Assembly: GCA_963844715.1 (NCBI GenBank)
Contig: CAWJPJ010000007.1
Location: forward strand, 320,001-384,000
Source: an uncultured Phycisphaerales bacterium
GTDB taxonomy: Bacteria > Planctomycetota > Phycisphaerae > Tepidisphaerales > Tepidisphaeraceae
Length of the DNA: 64,000 nt
Direction: 5' to 3'
The notes under the pieces were generated by a model. It was given only the letters and a program-made list of their open reading frames with translations, did not search any database and had not been told where the DNA came from. The position numbers and the translations under genes were made by a program. Below, piece by piece: positions 24,101 to 37,302 of this stretch. The first letter of the stretch is position 1. Each line of letters starts with the position of its first letter.

Positions 24101-25751
24101 GGCGAAGGGGGCCAGCTCCCCGGCCATAAAGTCGACGAATACATCGGCAAAATTCGCCACAGCACGCCCGGCGTCGGGCTGATCTCTCCGCCGCCGCATC
24201 ACGATATTTATTCAATCGAGGATTTGGCGCAGCTCATTCACGATCTGAAGAACAGCAATCGCGACGCGCGCGTGAGCGTGAAACTGGTCAGCGAAGTCGG
24301 CGTCGGCACCGTCGCCGCGGGCGTCGCCAAGGCCAAGGCCGATCATATTCTCATCAGCGGCGACAGCGGCGGAACCGGCGCGTCTCCCCTGACGAGCATC
24401 AAATACGCCGGGCCTGCCCTGGGAACTCGGCGTCGCCGAAACGCAGCAGACCCTGGTGATGAACGATCTGCGCGGGCGGATCGTGTTGCAGACCGACGGC
24501 CAGTTCAAGACCGGCCGGGACGTGGTCATCGCCGCCCTGCTCGGCGCCGAGGAATTCGGATTCAGCACCGGCCCGCTGATCGCGACCGGCTGCATCATGA
24601 TGCGCGGTCTGCCACCTGAACACCTGCCCGGTGGGAATCGCGACGCAGGATCCCGGAGCTGCGCAAGAAATTCGCCGGCAAGCCCGAGCACGTGGTCAAC
24701 TTCATGTTCTTCATCGCCGAGGAAGTTCGCCGCTACATGGCCGAGCTGGGCTACCGCAAATTCGACGACATGGTCGGCCAGGTTCAGCGGCTCGAATTCG
24801 CCGACGTCAGCCATCACTGGAAGGCGAAGTGTCTGGATCTGTCGGTCGTGCTCTACCGCCCGGAAACCAGTTCGAACGTCGCGGTCCGCAATGTGCAGAA
24901 GCAGGATCACGGCCTGGACGTCGCCCTGGACAACAAGCTCATCGAAATCGCCAAGCCCGCGATTGAAGAAGGGAAAAAAGTTTCCGCGGAAATGTCGATC
25001 CAGAACGTCAACCGCACCGTCGGGACGATGCTCTCGTGCGAAATCGCCAAGAAATATGGCCACGCCGGCTTGCCCGAAGACACGATCCATTTCAAGTTCA
25101 ACGGCTCCGCCGGCCAGAGCTTCGGTTGCTTCCTCTCCAAGGGAGTCACGCTCGAACTGGAAGGCGACGCCAACGATTACGCCGGCAAGGGCCTCTCCGG
25201 CGGGAAAATCATCATCTATCCCGCATCGGCAATCGACCTTCAAGCCCGAAGAAAACATCATCGCCGGCAATGTGATCTGCTACGGCGCGATCAGCGGCGA
25301 AATTTATCTCCGCGGCGTCGTCGGCGAGCGATTCTGCGTCCGCAACAGCGGCGCCCTGGCCGTCGTCGAAGGATGCGGAGACCACGGCTGCGAATACATG
25401 ACCGGCGGACGCGTCATCGTGATCGGCCCGACCGGCCGCAATTTCGCCGCCGGCATGTCCGGCGGAATCGCTTACGTTCACGACACCTCCGGCCTGTTCA
25501 AGGATTTGTGCAATCTGGAAATGGTCGAACTGGAGCGCCCCGACCGCCCGGACGACATCGCGACCATCCGCCGCATGCTGGAAAATCATCGCAAATACAC
25601 CCGCAGCCCCGTCGCCGGCGCGATCCTCGACGATTTCGAAAAGGAAATTAAGTGGTTCGTGAAGGTCATGCCAACCGATTACCGCCGCGTGATGGAGCAC
25701 CAGGCTGAAGTGGAGGAGAAAGCGAAAAAACTGGCTGAAAGACAGGCATGA
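21171..25751 (+). CDS. gltB: Glutamate synthase large subunit (many frameshifts)
   Basis: [67 protein letters not shown]. Confidence 0.96.
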
Positions 25752-26215
25752 AAAAGTCGCATCCCAGGCGAGATGTTCGGCATGATGCGCGGGACTACTT
25801 GGAAGCGGCCAAAGAACATGTGGGTGCGCTGTCGGTGCTCTATGACGACGGAAGATATGTCTTAACGATGTACGTGGCCGGATTAGCGGCAGAATGCTTA
25901 TTCCGGGCCTTCCGGGCAAAAAAGGGCTTGCCTTTCCGCTCGGATCATTCGTTGGATATACTTTCGCGAGAGGCTGGCTTCCCCCAATTGATCGCTGGTG
26001 GAGACCGCCTCCGGTTCGATGCGGCCCTGGCAGAATTGATGCTGGGTTGGCAAAACAGGTATCGATTCTGCTCTCAAAAAGCGATCCGCGCGTCATTGAA
26101 GAATCGGCGGCTCGACCGCGGAGTCAAAGGCGATCCCGTGAAGGAATTCGCCCGCAGACTGGCGTCGACAGCCGTCGAACTGGTTTCGATTGGAATTGGA
26201 CCATGGATAAATTGA
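25748..26215 (+). CDS. HEPN-domain protein
   Basis: YLEAAKEH...GRY...YVAGLAAECLFRA...DHSL...W...YRF pattern; ATGA overlap with the gltB stop. Confidence 0.7.
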   Translation: MKKSHPRRDVRHDARDYLEAAKEHVGALSVLYDDGRYVLTMYVAGLAAECLFRAFRAKKGLPFRSDHSLDILSREAGFPQLIAGGDRLRFDAALAELMLGWQNRYRFCSQKAIRASLKNRRLDRGVKGDPVKEFARRLASTAVELVSIGIGPWIN

Positions 26216-26495
26216 GGACCAGAATTAAATGCGTCGTTGCCGAGAACTTTCCCGCGCAAAAGTCCGACTGTGGCGACAGGCCGGGCAGGTCGGAGGAGTT
26301 TTGGTCTGGCCAGGCTTTGATCAAATGCTGCAAATTGATCGTCAGGTTAAACTTCGGCGAGCCATCAACTCGTCCCTAACCGAACAAGATCGCCACAAAG
26401 TTTCATTCATCCTCACGATGACCGACTTGGAGGAAAAAGGCATCGCGGCCGAAGAGCGACGGTTGGGTATCTCGCCTCGAAAGAAGACCGCTTAG
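26203..26495 (+). CDS. Small hypothetical protein, BolA-like pattern (1 frameshift)
   Basis: MDKLRTRIKCVVAENFP joined to AKVRL...VLVWPGFDQMLQIDRQVKL...FILTMTDLE; start overlaps the HEPN stop. Confidence 0.55.
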
Positions 26496-26510
26496 CGGAC
26501 CACTATAAAC

Positions 26511-28012
<1,502 letters not shown>

Positions 28013-28023
28013 TCCTTAAGAAG

Positions 28024-28225
28024 TTAACTGCGAAGCCGCCCGCCACGGCGGGTAGGCTCCGAACGCGAAGAAAAAAAGAGATTTAACCGCGGATTTCACG
28101 GATTACACGGATGAAGAAAAGAAATTGACTTCGGCGATTCCATTGCTCCCATCCGTGCTATCCGTGAAATCCGTGGTTTAATTCTTTTCTATCTTTCTTC
28201 GCGTTCTTCGCGGCTTCGCGGTTAA
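28024..28225. repeat. Nested inverted repeats with 9-bp periodic arms
   Basis: Outer arms 28024-28073 / 28194-28225 (CGCGAAG units); inner arms 28085-28113 / 28150-28178 (CACGGAT units). Confidence 0.85.
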
Positions 28226-29046
28226 ATGGAATTTATGGCCAGCGGAATCTCGTCAGACAACCCGATGCGCGGAACTTTGCGCGTGACCATGGATTTTCGG
28301 CTGGTTTCGTTCGCCCTGTTGATCGTCGGAATCACGGCACTAGCTGTCTGGGGAAGCGACGGGGGCAAGGGAGCGATCGGAATTCTGGCCTGCACCTGGG
28401 GCGCCTGGGGGTGGTGCTTTGCCCGATCCTCGCGATCCCATTCCGACAGGCGGCGTGGGCGGCCGAAGATGTGATGACCGGCCAGGCGAAAATCGCCCGC
28501 TGGAGTTGCACGCCGGAGGAGTGGATTCGGTTCGTCGCCGCGGAGTCGAAGGTCTCCAAGAGTTCGAAGCGGGTCGTGCTATTGCTGATCCTGGTTCCGG
28601 TGGTATTGGCCGTGATCGTTATCATTTCCGTCGCGTCGAGTTCTGGCCCGGCGCTGGGGGCCGGGACTTGGGCGATGATGATCGGAGTCATGTTCGGCAC
28701 GCTGGCGCTGATCTTCGGGCTTGCGTGGTTTGGCGCGCTGGCTGAAGTTGCGCTGGTTGCGCCGGCGCGCGACCACCTGGTCTACATCGGCACGCGTGGG
28801 GTGGTGCTCGGCGGACGATTCAATTCATTCGAGCAACTTGCTGCGCATCTGCGGAAGGTGCGTTATGACCCGGGCGATCCGGGGTTGATGTTGTTCGAGT
28901 GGCTTCAGCCGGGAGCGGGATATTATGGATTACCTGTGACGATGTCGGTGACCGTGCCGGTTCCGAAATCGAGCGAATCCGAGGGGCAACGGGTTTTGGA
29001 GGCGTTTCGAAACCAGTTTAAAGGCCCCCAAGCGGGGATTTCCTGA
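28226..29046 (+). CDS. Hypothetical membrane protein (frameshift)
   Basis: Several hydrophobic helices across the 28226 and 28411 frames; ARWSCTPEEW motif. Confidence 0.6.
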
Positions 29047-29272
29047 AGATTGTGGACAACGGGGGGCTGGGGGATACAATTTTCACCGGCGGACGACGAA
29101 GCGTCCGATAAAGAAAAGTGAACGGCTCGTCGGCCATGAAATCCCGGCGGGACCAAGAGTCTCTTACGCCGCGGTGCACCATCGGCATCTCCTGTCCCGG
29201 ATCGGAAGTTAAGCCGGGATAAGCCATGCCGCCCTGGAAAAAGTCTGGGGCCTGCGGAAGGACAGACTGAGT

Positions 29273-32200
29273 ATGGCGATCGACCCGCGATTCCTGGCCG
29301 AATCCGGCCGCGAAGTTTTCACCGGTAACGAACTGCTCGTAAAAGGCGCCCTCGAAACCGAGGGCGGCGTGAATTTATTGACCGGCTATCCCGGCTCCCC
29401 CGTCGCCGGATTTTTCGACATCCTGGGCGACCTGCGCGACCTGCTCAATGAGCAACGGCATCCGCGCCTTTCAAGCAAACAACGAAGCGCTCGCGGCGGC
29501 GGCCGTAAACGGCAGCCAGATGATGGCCATGCCGCGCCATCGCCACATTCAAGAGCGTCGGCGTGCACGTCGCCTCCGACGCCCTGGCGCTCGGCAACGC
29601 TCGGCGGCGCCGCATCCGCAAGGCGGCGCCGTCATCATCATGGGCGACGACCCCTGGTGCGACAGCACCCAGGTTCCGGCCGACAGCCGATTCCTCTGCG
29701 AGCATCTTCGCATGGCGGTCGTCGAGCCCGGCTCGCCGCAGCAATTCAAGGACTGGATCGATCTCAGCTTCAAACTCAGCCAGGCGGCGGGCCTCTACAT
29801 CGGCTACATCGTCACCGTCGCCCAGGCCGACGGCGGCGGGACCGTGATCTGCCGGCCCAATCAATATCCGACGATCAATACCGAACAAAAGATCGCGCTG
29901 GAAACCTCGCGGATCGATCTGAACAAGGTGCTTCTCCCGCCGCGGACCTGGCAACGGGAATTGCTCTTCGGCGAGCGCTTCGCCGACGACGATGCGGGCG
30001 GCGCGGAAACTGGGGATCAATCGGATCATCCAGCGACGAGAACGCCGCCGAGCCCGCGCCGCTCGGATTCATCGTCACCGGCATGGCGGCCCTTATCTGA
30101 ATCACCTGCTGGCCGAACTGGACATGACCGGGCTCTTCCCGATCCTTCAGATGGGGATGAGCTATCCGGCGGACGTGCTGCTCGTGCAGGAATTCTCCGC
30201 CCTTTGCCGCAACATCATCGTCATCGAGGAGCGCCGCAGCTTCCTGGAAAAGAATATCCGCGACGAACTCTTCCACACCCTCGGCCACGCCGAGGCGGGC
30301 GAACTCTCATCGCGAATTTTCGGGAAAACCTTCCCCGGCGGCCAGGAAGGCATCCCCGAGACCCGCGGACTGAATTATTCGGTTCTGGCACAAAAGCTGA
30401 TTCCTCTTTTCCAGGCAACCGAGCAGATTCCGCCTCAGCGCCGCAACGGCCGGCTCAGCGCGGAACTCGGCCGCCTGCGCTGGGCAAGCAAGCCGAAGCT
30501 GGAAGTCTTCAATCAGAAGGTCGTGCTCCCGCACGCCCACGTTCTGCCCCGGTTGCCCCCATCGCGACAGCTCCGCGGCGCTGCTCGAACTGCGCAAGAA
30601 TTTCGCCGATCCCGAATACATGCAGCCGGCACCACGCGACAGGGCCCGTCGATCTCGTCGCCCACGGCGACACCGGCTGCTACACCATGCTCATGTTCGC
30701 CCCGACCGAACAGCTCATGCACAATTACAGCGGCATGGGCCTCGGCGGCGGCACCGGCTCGGGAATCGACCCGTTCATCACCAACAAGCAAATCGTTTTC
30801 ATGGGCGACGGAACGTTTTTCCATTCCGGCCAGATCGCCATCAGCAACTCGATCAAGGCCGAACCAGGACATCACCTACATCATCCTGGAAAACAAAACC
30901 ACCGCGATGACCGGCCACCAGGAGCACGCCGGAACGGAATTGGATGTGCTGGGCAATCGCTCGTATATCCAGGACATCGAGCAGATCGTCCGCGCGCATG
31001 GCCGGCACCAGCCCGCTGACGGTCGTCAAACTCTCGCCCGCCGATCGAACCGCAATACAAGGCCGCCCTCGAAAAGGCGATCCTCGCCAACGGCGTGAAG
31101 GTCGTGATCGCCGACAAGGAATGCGGCATCACCTACCACCGCAAAGTGCTCAAGGAAGAGCGGCAGATCGTCAAAAAATACGGCTATCTGCCCACGCAAA
31201 ACGCACATGAACATCACGCCGGAGGTGTGCGAAAACTGCCTGGAATGCACCAAGGCAACCGCCTGCCCCGGCCTCACAACGATCGACACGGATTACGGCA
31301 AGAAGATCGATACCGATCTCACCTGGTGCGTGAACGACGGAGCATGCGAGCGCGTGCGCACGAGCAACGAGATCGCCGAATCGGTAAAGCCCTGCCCCAG
31401 TTTCGAGCAGGTGACGGTGATTCGCCAGAAGCGCCGGCGGTACACGCTGCCCAACATGGATCTGGCGCAAGTTGCCCGAGCCGCCCAAGGTGCACGATAT
31501 GACCGCGCCCGGACAGCGTGTGGCGCGTCCACATGAGCGGCGTCGGCGGAATGGGCATCGGCGTGGTCGGCGCGATCCTCGTCCGCGCAGCGCACAAAGA
31601 GGGATATCACGTCGCCTTCCAGGATAAAAAAGGGCCTGGCCATCCGCAACGGCGGCGTCTTCGCCCAGCTCACCTTTGTAAATCACGCCGAGACCGCCGC
31701 CTGGTGCGCGCCGCCGTCACCGGTTCGATTCCTTACGGTAAGGCGGATTTGCTTCTCGGCATCGACGTGCTCGAAGCCGCGCGGGCGATCGATCCCCGCG
31801 AGCAATTCCGCGTCGCGTCGCCGGAGCAGACGGCGGCAGTCCTGAATCTCCACAAACAGCCGACAGTGTTTAATCTGCTCGGCAAGAGACGATTTCGATC
31901 CCGAAGCCCTGCGTGACGAAATCCTCCAGCATTGCAATCCGCAATTAAGCTACGCCGCGAATCTGGGCGGAAATCTGCGAGCGCCGGCTGGGGAGCAAAC
32001 AGTTCGTCAATATCCTGATGCTCGGCGTCGCGTATCAGCTTGGTTTGATTCCCGTTTCCGGCGCTCGATGGCCTGGGCGATCAAGGACACCATCCGCCGC
32101 GAGCATCGCCGCAACATCAAGGCGTTCAATATCGGTCGAAAACTCGCGCTCGAGCCCCATGCGCTGCCCAGCAAGCCCGCAGCCGGAAACCTGGGAGCAA

Positions 32201-32960
32201 CTGGTCACCAATAAAATCCGCGTCTTCCGCAAGACGCGGTTTTTCGGCGTGATCACTTCGCGGCGATACGAAAAATTGACCGTCAGCACCATCCAGCAGA
32301 TCCGCAGTCTTCCCGATCAGGCGAAGTATGACGTGGCCCTGCGGATTTACGATCTGGTGCAATATCAGGATTTCGGACTTGCCAAGCGCGTATGCGGAAC
32401 TGGTGCGCAGGATTTATCAGCGCGACCGGGCCGACCGCGGATTCGCCGCAACCATCGCGGTCATCCGCAATCTCGCCAAGGTGAATCTCGTCAAGGACGA
32501 ACCCTACGTTGCGTATCTGCTCACGCGCTACGAGAAGAAGCAGCGCGACATCGTGAAATACAACGTCGATACGCTCAACGGCGACTGGCTGCGCTACCGC
32601 CACCACACCAGCCCGGAATTCAACATCGGGAAATATCGCTTCCGATTCAAGATCACCACGACCGACTGGCAACTGCACCTCGTGCGGCGCATGAAGTGGT
32701 GGCGCCGCCTGCCCGGGTGGCATCTGCGCGAAGTCGCGTTCCGCGACTGGTACACGAAGCTCATCGATCGCGTGAATCTGGACGACGCCGGTTACGACCA
32801 GGCCGTGCGCGTGCTCAACTGCCCCGAGGACGTCAGCGGATATCGCGAAGTGCGCTATCCAAAGATGGACCGGGCCCGCGCGGCCGTCGAGGCCGAATTG
32901 GCCCCCACGTTCGGCGCCGAAACGCCGGCCCCGGCGATCAGTGCGTCTCCCGCGGCGTAA
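29273..32960 (+). CDS. Fused indolepyruvate/2-oxoacid:ferredoxin oxidoreductase (alpha+beta; many frameshifts)
   Basis: FTGNELLVKG...GYPGSP, FCPGCPHR, GDTGC, TPP motif MGDGTFFHSG...ENKTTAMTG, ferredoxin CENCLEC, GVGGMG, KDEPYVA, GYREVR. Confidence 0.85.
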
Positions 32961-33919
32961 TCGTCAGCGCGAGTTTCTCAGTTCCCCGCAACACATCCAG
33001 AGCCACGCTCTTGCCGGCGCGGCTGTCCGTCAGCAGCCGGTGCAGATCGTCCACGCGACCCACGGTATTGGAATCGAATCCCACGATGAGATCACCTTCC
33101 AGCAAACCCGCCGCCTGGGCGGGACTGTTGGGCTCGATGTGCGACACCAGCACGGCCGTTTCGTGTTCCAGATTGTGGAAACGCACCAGTCGCCGGTGCA
33201 GCGGCACGTCCTGCCCGCCGAGGCCGATGTAACTTCGCCGCACCCGTCCGGATTTGAGGAGCTGCGCCGCGACAAAGGCGGCCGTATTGCTCGGGATCGC
33301 AAAGCAAAGCCCCTGAGCCGGGAGGATGACCGCGGTGTTGACGCCAATCACCTCGCCCCGGCTGTTAACCAGCGGCCCGCCGCTGTTCCCCGGATTCAGG
33401 GCCGCATCCGTCTGGATGATGTTATCGATCAGCCGGCCGGAATTGGCGCGGAAGCTGCGTCCGGTGGCGCTGACGACGCCAGCTGTCACCGTGTATTGGA
33501 ACCCGTAGGGGTTCCCGATCGCGACCATAAGCTGCCCCACCTGCAAGGCCGACGAATCGCCCAACACAACGTGCGGCAGATTGGGTCCGTCGATGCGGAT
33601 GATCGCCAGGTCCGTATCCGGATCGTCCCCGACAAGTTCCGCGCCAAACCGCCGCCCGTCCGGAAGGGCCGCCGTGATCTTGGCCGCCCCATGGACGACG
33701 TGGCTGTTGGTGAGGATGAACCCGTCGGGGGTAAAGATGAACCCGGAGCCGGACCCGCCCCGCACCGCGCGGACCGCGGCGGGCGTCGCTCGACTCGGGT
33801 GCCCGAATTTCAATATGAACAACCGCCGGACTGACCAGCCGGGCCGCGCCAGTGACGGCACGGGAATACGCATCCAGCAGATCGGTATCGGCGGGGGGTA
33901 GATCTAGTGTTTGTGTCAT
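32938..33919 (-). CDS. HtrA/DegP-like S1C serine protease with PDZ domain
   Basis: GSGSGF, LTNSHVV, DLA, QTDAALNPGNSGGPL, SPAQAAGL. Confidence 0.92.
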
Positions 33920-34079
33920 AACTCAACCTTTCCAACTAATTGTAGGAGGGGCGGTCAAGTGGGAGGCCGCAGCGGGGTTTGTGTGTTTCCAAAAAGCACT
34001 CGCGCGGGTCGGCGTCAACAATGGAATTCCCCGTAGCGGCGCTGCCCGGGGTTCGGTAGAAATTTTTCCCAAACAAAAC

Positions 34080-34115
34080 TTGACATTTCCCCGATCTACT
34101 CTATATTATAGAGTA
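34080..34115 (+). promoter_or_regulatory. Promoter with perfect palindromic operator
   Basis: TTGACA (34080-34085); TACTCTATA-T-TATAGAGTA (34097-34115) covers the -10 region. Confidence 0.7.
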
Positions 34116-34135
34116 CTCTAACAGAGAGGTGGTCT

Positions 34136-34728
34136 ATGACGGAAATGAATCGAGTTGGTGAGGACCTTCGGTTTGTGCGCACGGCGGTGGATCGGCAGGC
34201 GAGCACGGATTCGACGCCAGGTGCGGGGCAATCTAATACATCTGGGCGGCCTATATCGGAGTGGGATATACATTGATTGATGTATCCCCGCGTGATGCGA
34301 ACTGGTTCTTCTTCCTCGCGTGGTTTCCGGGCGTCGCGGCCACCATGCTGGTGGCGCGGCGATGGATGCGCCGGTGGGGTGTGGTGGACCGGCAGGGGAC
34401 GTGGAGGGCGCAACTCCACTGGTTCGGGGGCAGCATACTGTCAGTGGCCGCCGTTATCGCTCTCGCGATGGCCGTACCGAGCGTCCGCGGTGTGCCGATC
34501 GGTCAGATTTCGGTCATTCTTTTTGGCATGCTCTGGTTTACCGCCGGTATTCATCTGGATCGGACGTTTTTGGTGCTCGGGCCGCTTTTCATGGCGGGTG
34601 GGATCGCCGTGGGATTTGTGCCGCATCATGGGTGGACCGCCCTCGGGTGGCTTACGGCGCTGGGATTGATTGTGGCCGGGATTAACGCTTCACGTGGCAG
34701 GTTTGCGCAGCCGCCCGTAGTTCAATAA
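34136..34728 (+). CDS. Hypothetical multi-TM membrane protein (frameshift)
   Basis: GAGG SD plus ATG; about 6 hydrophobic helices. Confidence 0.65.
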
Positions 34729-34752
34729 TCGGGTGCTTTGCGTGGAGGCGTG

Positions 34753-35091
34753 ATGAGCTTGCAGGCGGACAACGAAAACGCGGTGGCCCCGGCGGGGCTG
34801 GATCAGCTTGATCCGCTCCTCCAGCACCGAAGCCGATTGGGAGCGCTGGTGCTGATGAGCAACGCCGATTCGCTCAGCTTCACGAGATTCCGCGATCTGC
34901 TGGGCGAAACCGATGGGAACCTGGGGGCACAATTGCGAAAGCTGGAGGAGGCGGGATACGTCTCAGTTAAAAAAGAATTTTTGGATCGCAAGCCGGTGAG
35001 TTGGTATTCACTCACGCCGGTCGGGCGGAAGAAACTGAAAATGCACCTCAAGGGGCTGGAGAGTTTGCTGAAGGCAGCGGGGGGCGAATGA
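34753..35091 (+). CDS. Winged-helix (MarR/ArsR-like) transcriptional regulator
   Basis: LDPLLQHRSRL...TDGNLGAQLRKLEEAGYV...WYSLTPVG. Confidence 0.85.
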   Translation: MSLQADNENAVAPAGLDQLDPLLQHRSRLGALVLMSNADSLSFTRFRDLLGETDGNLGAQLRKLEEAGYVSVKKEFLDRKPVSWYSLTPVGRKKLKMHLKGLESLLKAAGGE

Positions 35092-35145
35092 ATGAACTAA
35101 CCGGCGCCGTCCAGCGGGATGCTGCGGCCGAATCCGCCGAGCGGA

Positions 35146-35422
35146 TTAAGGTAGTATGCGACCGGTTTCGTCGATGCCAAGCTTTGCCAGTACTTCGTTC
35201 TTATTAGACTGATCTGAGTTTGCCCATTCCAGAAGTCCGTCAAGCGCATGGACCGACTCTTTGGTGAGTTCGCGGGGGGGCCTGCAGTCCACGGGTGGAT
35301 TGCCTCAAAGTAACTACCTCGAAGGGAACAACCCGATTGTTGACCTTCGTGAGCTTCAAATCCCCGGTATCAGTCTCCTTGGCTTCTACAGAAATCAACT
35401 CGTTTTTGATTTCATCTGACAT
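35146..35422 (-). CDS. Small hypothetical protein coupled to the patatin gene (1 frameshift)
   Basis: MSDEIKNELISVEAK... joined to ...RELTKESVHALDGLLEWANSDQSNKNEVLAKLGIDETGRILP; start overlaps the patatin stop. Confidence 0.5.
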
Positions 35423-37297
35423 CGGAACTCCCTTCGGAGAACGATCGAGCGAAAATCTGCGTTAATAGATCCGCAGTAACATCCATAATATCGACCACTA
35501 TGCCAAAAAGTAAAGCATCGGCGGCCAGCTTTGCATTGGTATCGACGTCCAATATACCGTAAACAGGCTGTCCCAAACGTCGGGTTGCAATTGAGTCGAA
35601 ATATTGCTTTTCTATCGGCGACGATCCAACTTCGCGGGCGCGTTTCCGTTTGCCACTCGCCGTGAGTAGCTACATGAGCAATCGGCACACACCAAAGCCA
35701 TGTGCGATCGGATTTTACGCATAAATGCTGCTCCGCAGTCATGTTAAAAAGGCCGGTGGCTTCGCGGGGTTTGTCGCTGCAAGGTTCGTCAATTCACCAA
35801 GATTGCAATATAATCTCGTGAGCCGTGTGTATGCGTAGCCTGTGAGCCCCTGATCAAACCCAAACACTGGTGGGTCCGCCGCGCCGGGTTCGAAACCATA
35901 TCGGTAGCACATTTGAAGTTTCTTGCCGATGACCAAAAATACAGAAGCCCGCGTCTCCGGAGCGGAAGGCAGTCCGAAGAATAGCTTGTTCACTTTGATG
36001 ATGAGCAACGCCAATTGCTTTTCGACTTCAGATTCAGGGGGCAACCTAAAGCTCATCTTGCTCAGGCGCTTGATCGCAAATACAGCTCCTTTCTGCACCA
36101 TTGCCAGAACCCGGTGTTTGTTGAGCTGATCGATGTCTAGGACATTCGGGGGACCATCCGCTTCGGCCGTACGTTGAGCAACGATCCAGGGCCGTTGATC
36201 CATCGTCTGCTCGAGTAAGGCCTCTAATTCATCTCTTGCGCCTCCCGTCAGAAGTGCTGCTAGAGATTTCAAATACGCTAGCGAGTCGTCCGGCGAAGTG
36301 TATTGCGCCTCGTCATCGGATCGCCGTAGCCCAATATGTTGCCATGGAAGTCGTGTCAAAAAATCCCATTCGGCATCTTTATCCCGGTAAAGTCGCTGCC
36401 GAAATCCCTTTCCGAATACCCAAAGCGGAAAATTCGAGATGACCCCACCGTCAACCAAAAGATCAGGCGGTTTTCCCACTGCGCCTGGATTCGACGCATC
36501 GCCTGGATTGGCGAGTTCGACCGGCCTAAAGAACAAAGGAAAAGAGCCTGAAATTCGCGCGGCACGCGCCACAGGCAAGTCCTGAAATTCCCCGTCCCGA
36601 GAGTCAATGATGATTAGTTTACGCCGCGTTACGTTTGTGCTTGTTAGTAGAAGCGGGGGAAAATAAATTGCGTTAGTTCCGGTTTCCGCCCTCGATTTTA
36701 GTTCAGCCGCTTTCACATGACCGAAAGTGATCTTGGCGCGTCCAGATGCAACGTCAAAAGGCATATGCGCGAGCAGCCGTTGGATCTTGCGCGATTTGCG
36801 GATCATCGCATCGAGTTCAATTTCCAACTGCTCACCAAAAAACAGTCCCTTGCCTCGGTAGTGCGTGGAAAACCGGCACATAACAAAAAAGGCTGGGCGC
36901 AGCAGAAGCGACAGCGAAGCAACAGTCCTTGCGGCAGAAGGCTGGTCAAACGATTCCTTTATGCTTTCGATGCACAACTGGTCGTTTTGATCAGCCACCG
37001 CAAATCCTGAAAGCGAAAAGGTCGATCGCTAGGGCCGAATGGACCAAGTAGCTCGGCAAGTTTGTTGTCGGACGCGAGCCGAAAAAATTCGTTTGTGATT
37101 TCGTCTGGATTCAGCCCCGACCAATAAAGGGTTGCGATGATCGCCCCGGCGGACGTGCCAGCCAAAGCGGCGGGGATAATTTTGTGTATGTAGTGTACCG
37201 CGTACAACTGGCCGAGTAAGCTTAATCTGTAGACTCCCCCACCTTGAAAGGTGAGCACGGCGAAACGATCCCATTCGCGCTTCGAATCCGGCGCCAT
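35412..37297 (-). CDS. Patatin-like phospholipase with C-terminal GAF-like domain (about 3 frameshifts)
   Basis: LTFQGGG, AGTSAG, ARISGSFPLFF, LVDGGVISNFP; then QGLTGYAY, WLWCVPI, VYGILDVD. Confidence 0.8.
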
Positions 37298-37302
37298 ACC
37301 TA

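Noticed and set aside
28024..28225. Repeats read as a CRISPR array
   Set aside because: They are inverted 9-bp periodic arms without unique spacers, and no cas genes are present.
29195..29220. CGGAAGTTAAGC resembling part of 5S rRNA
   Set aside because: The other 5S helices and conserved ends are absent, and there is no rRNA operon context.
35412..37297. Calling the patatin locus CBASS
   Set aside because: No CD-NTase, Cap2/Cap3 or other CBASS gene is visible in the window.
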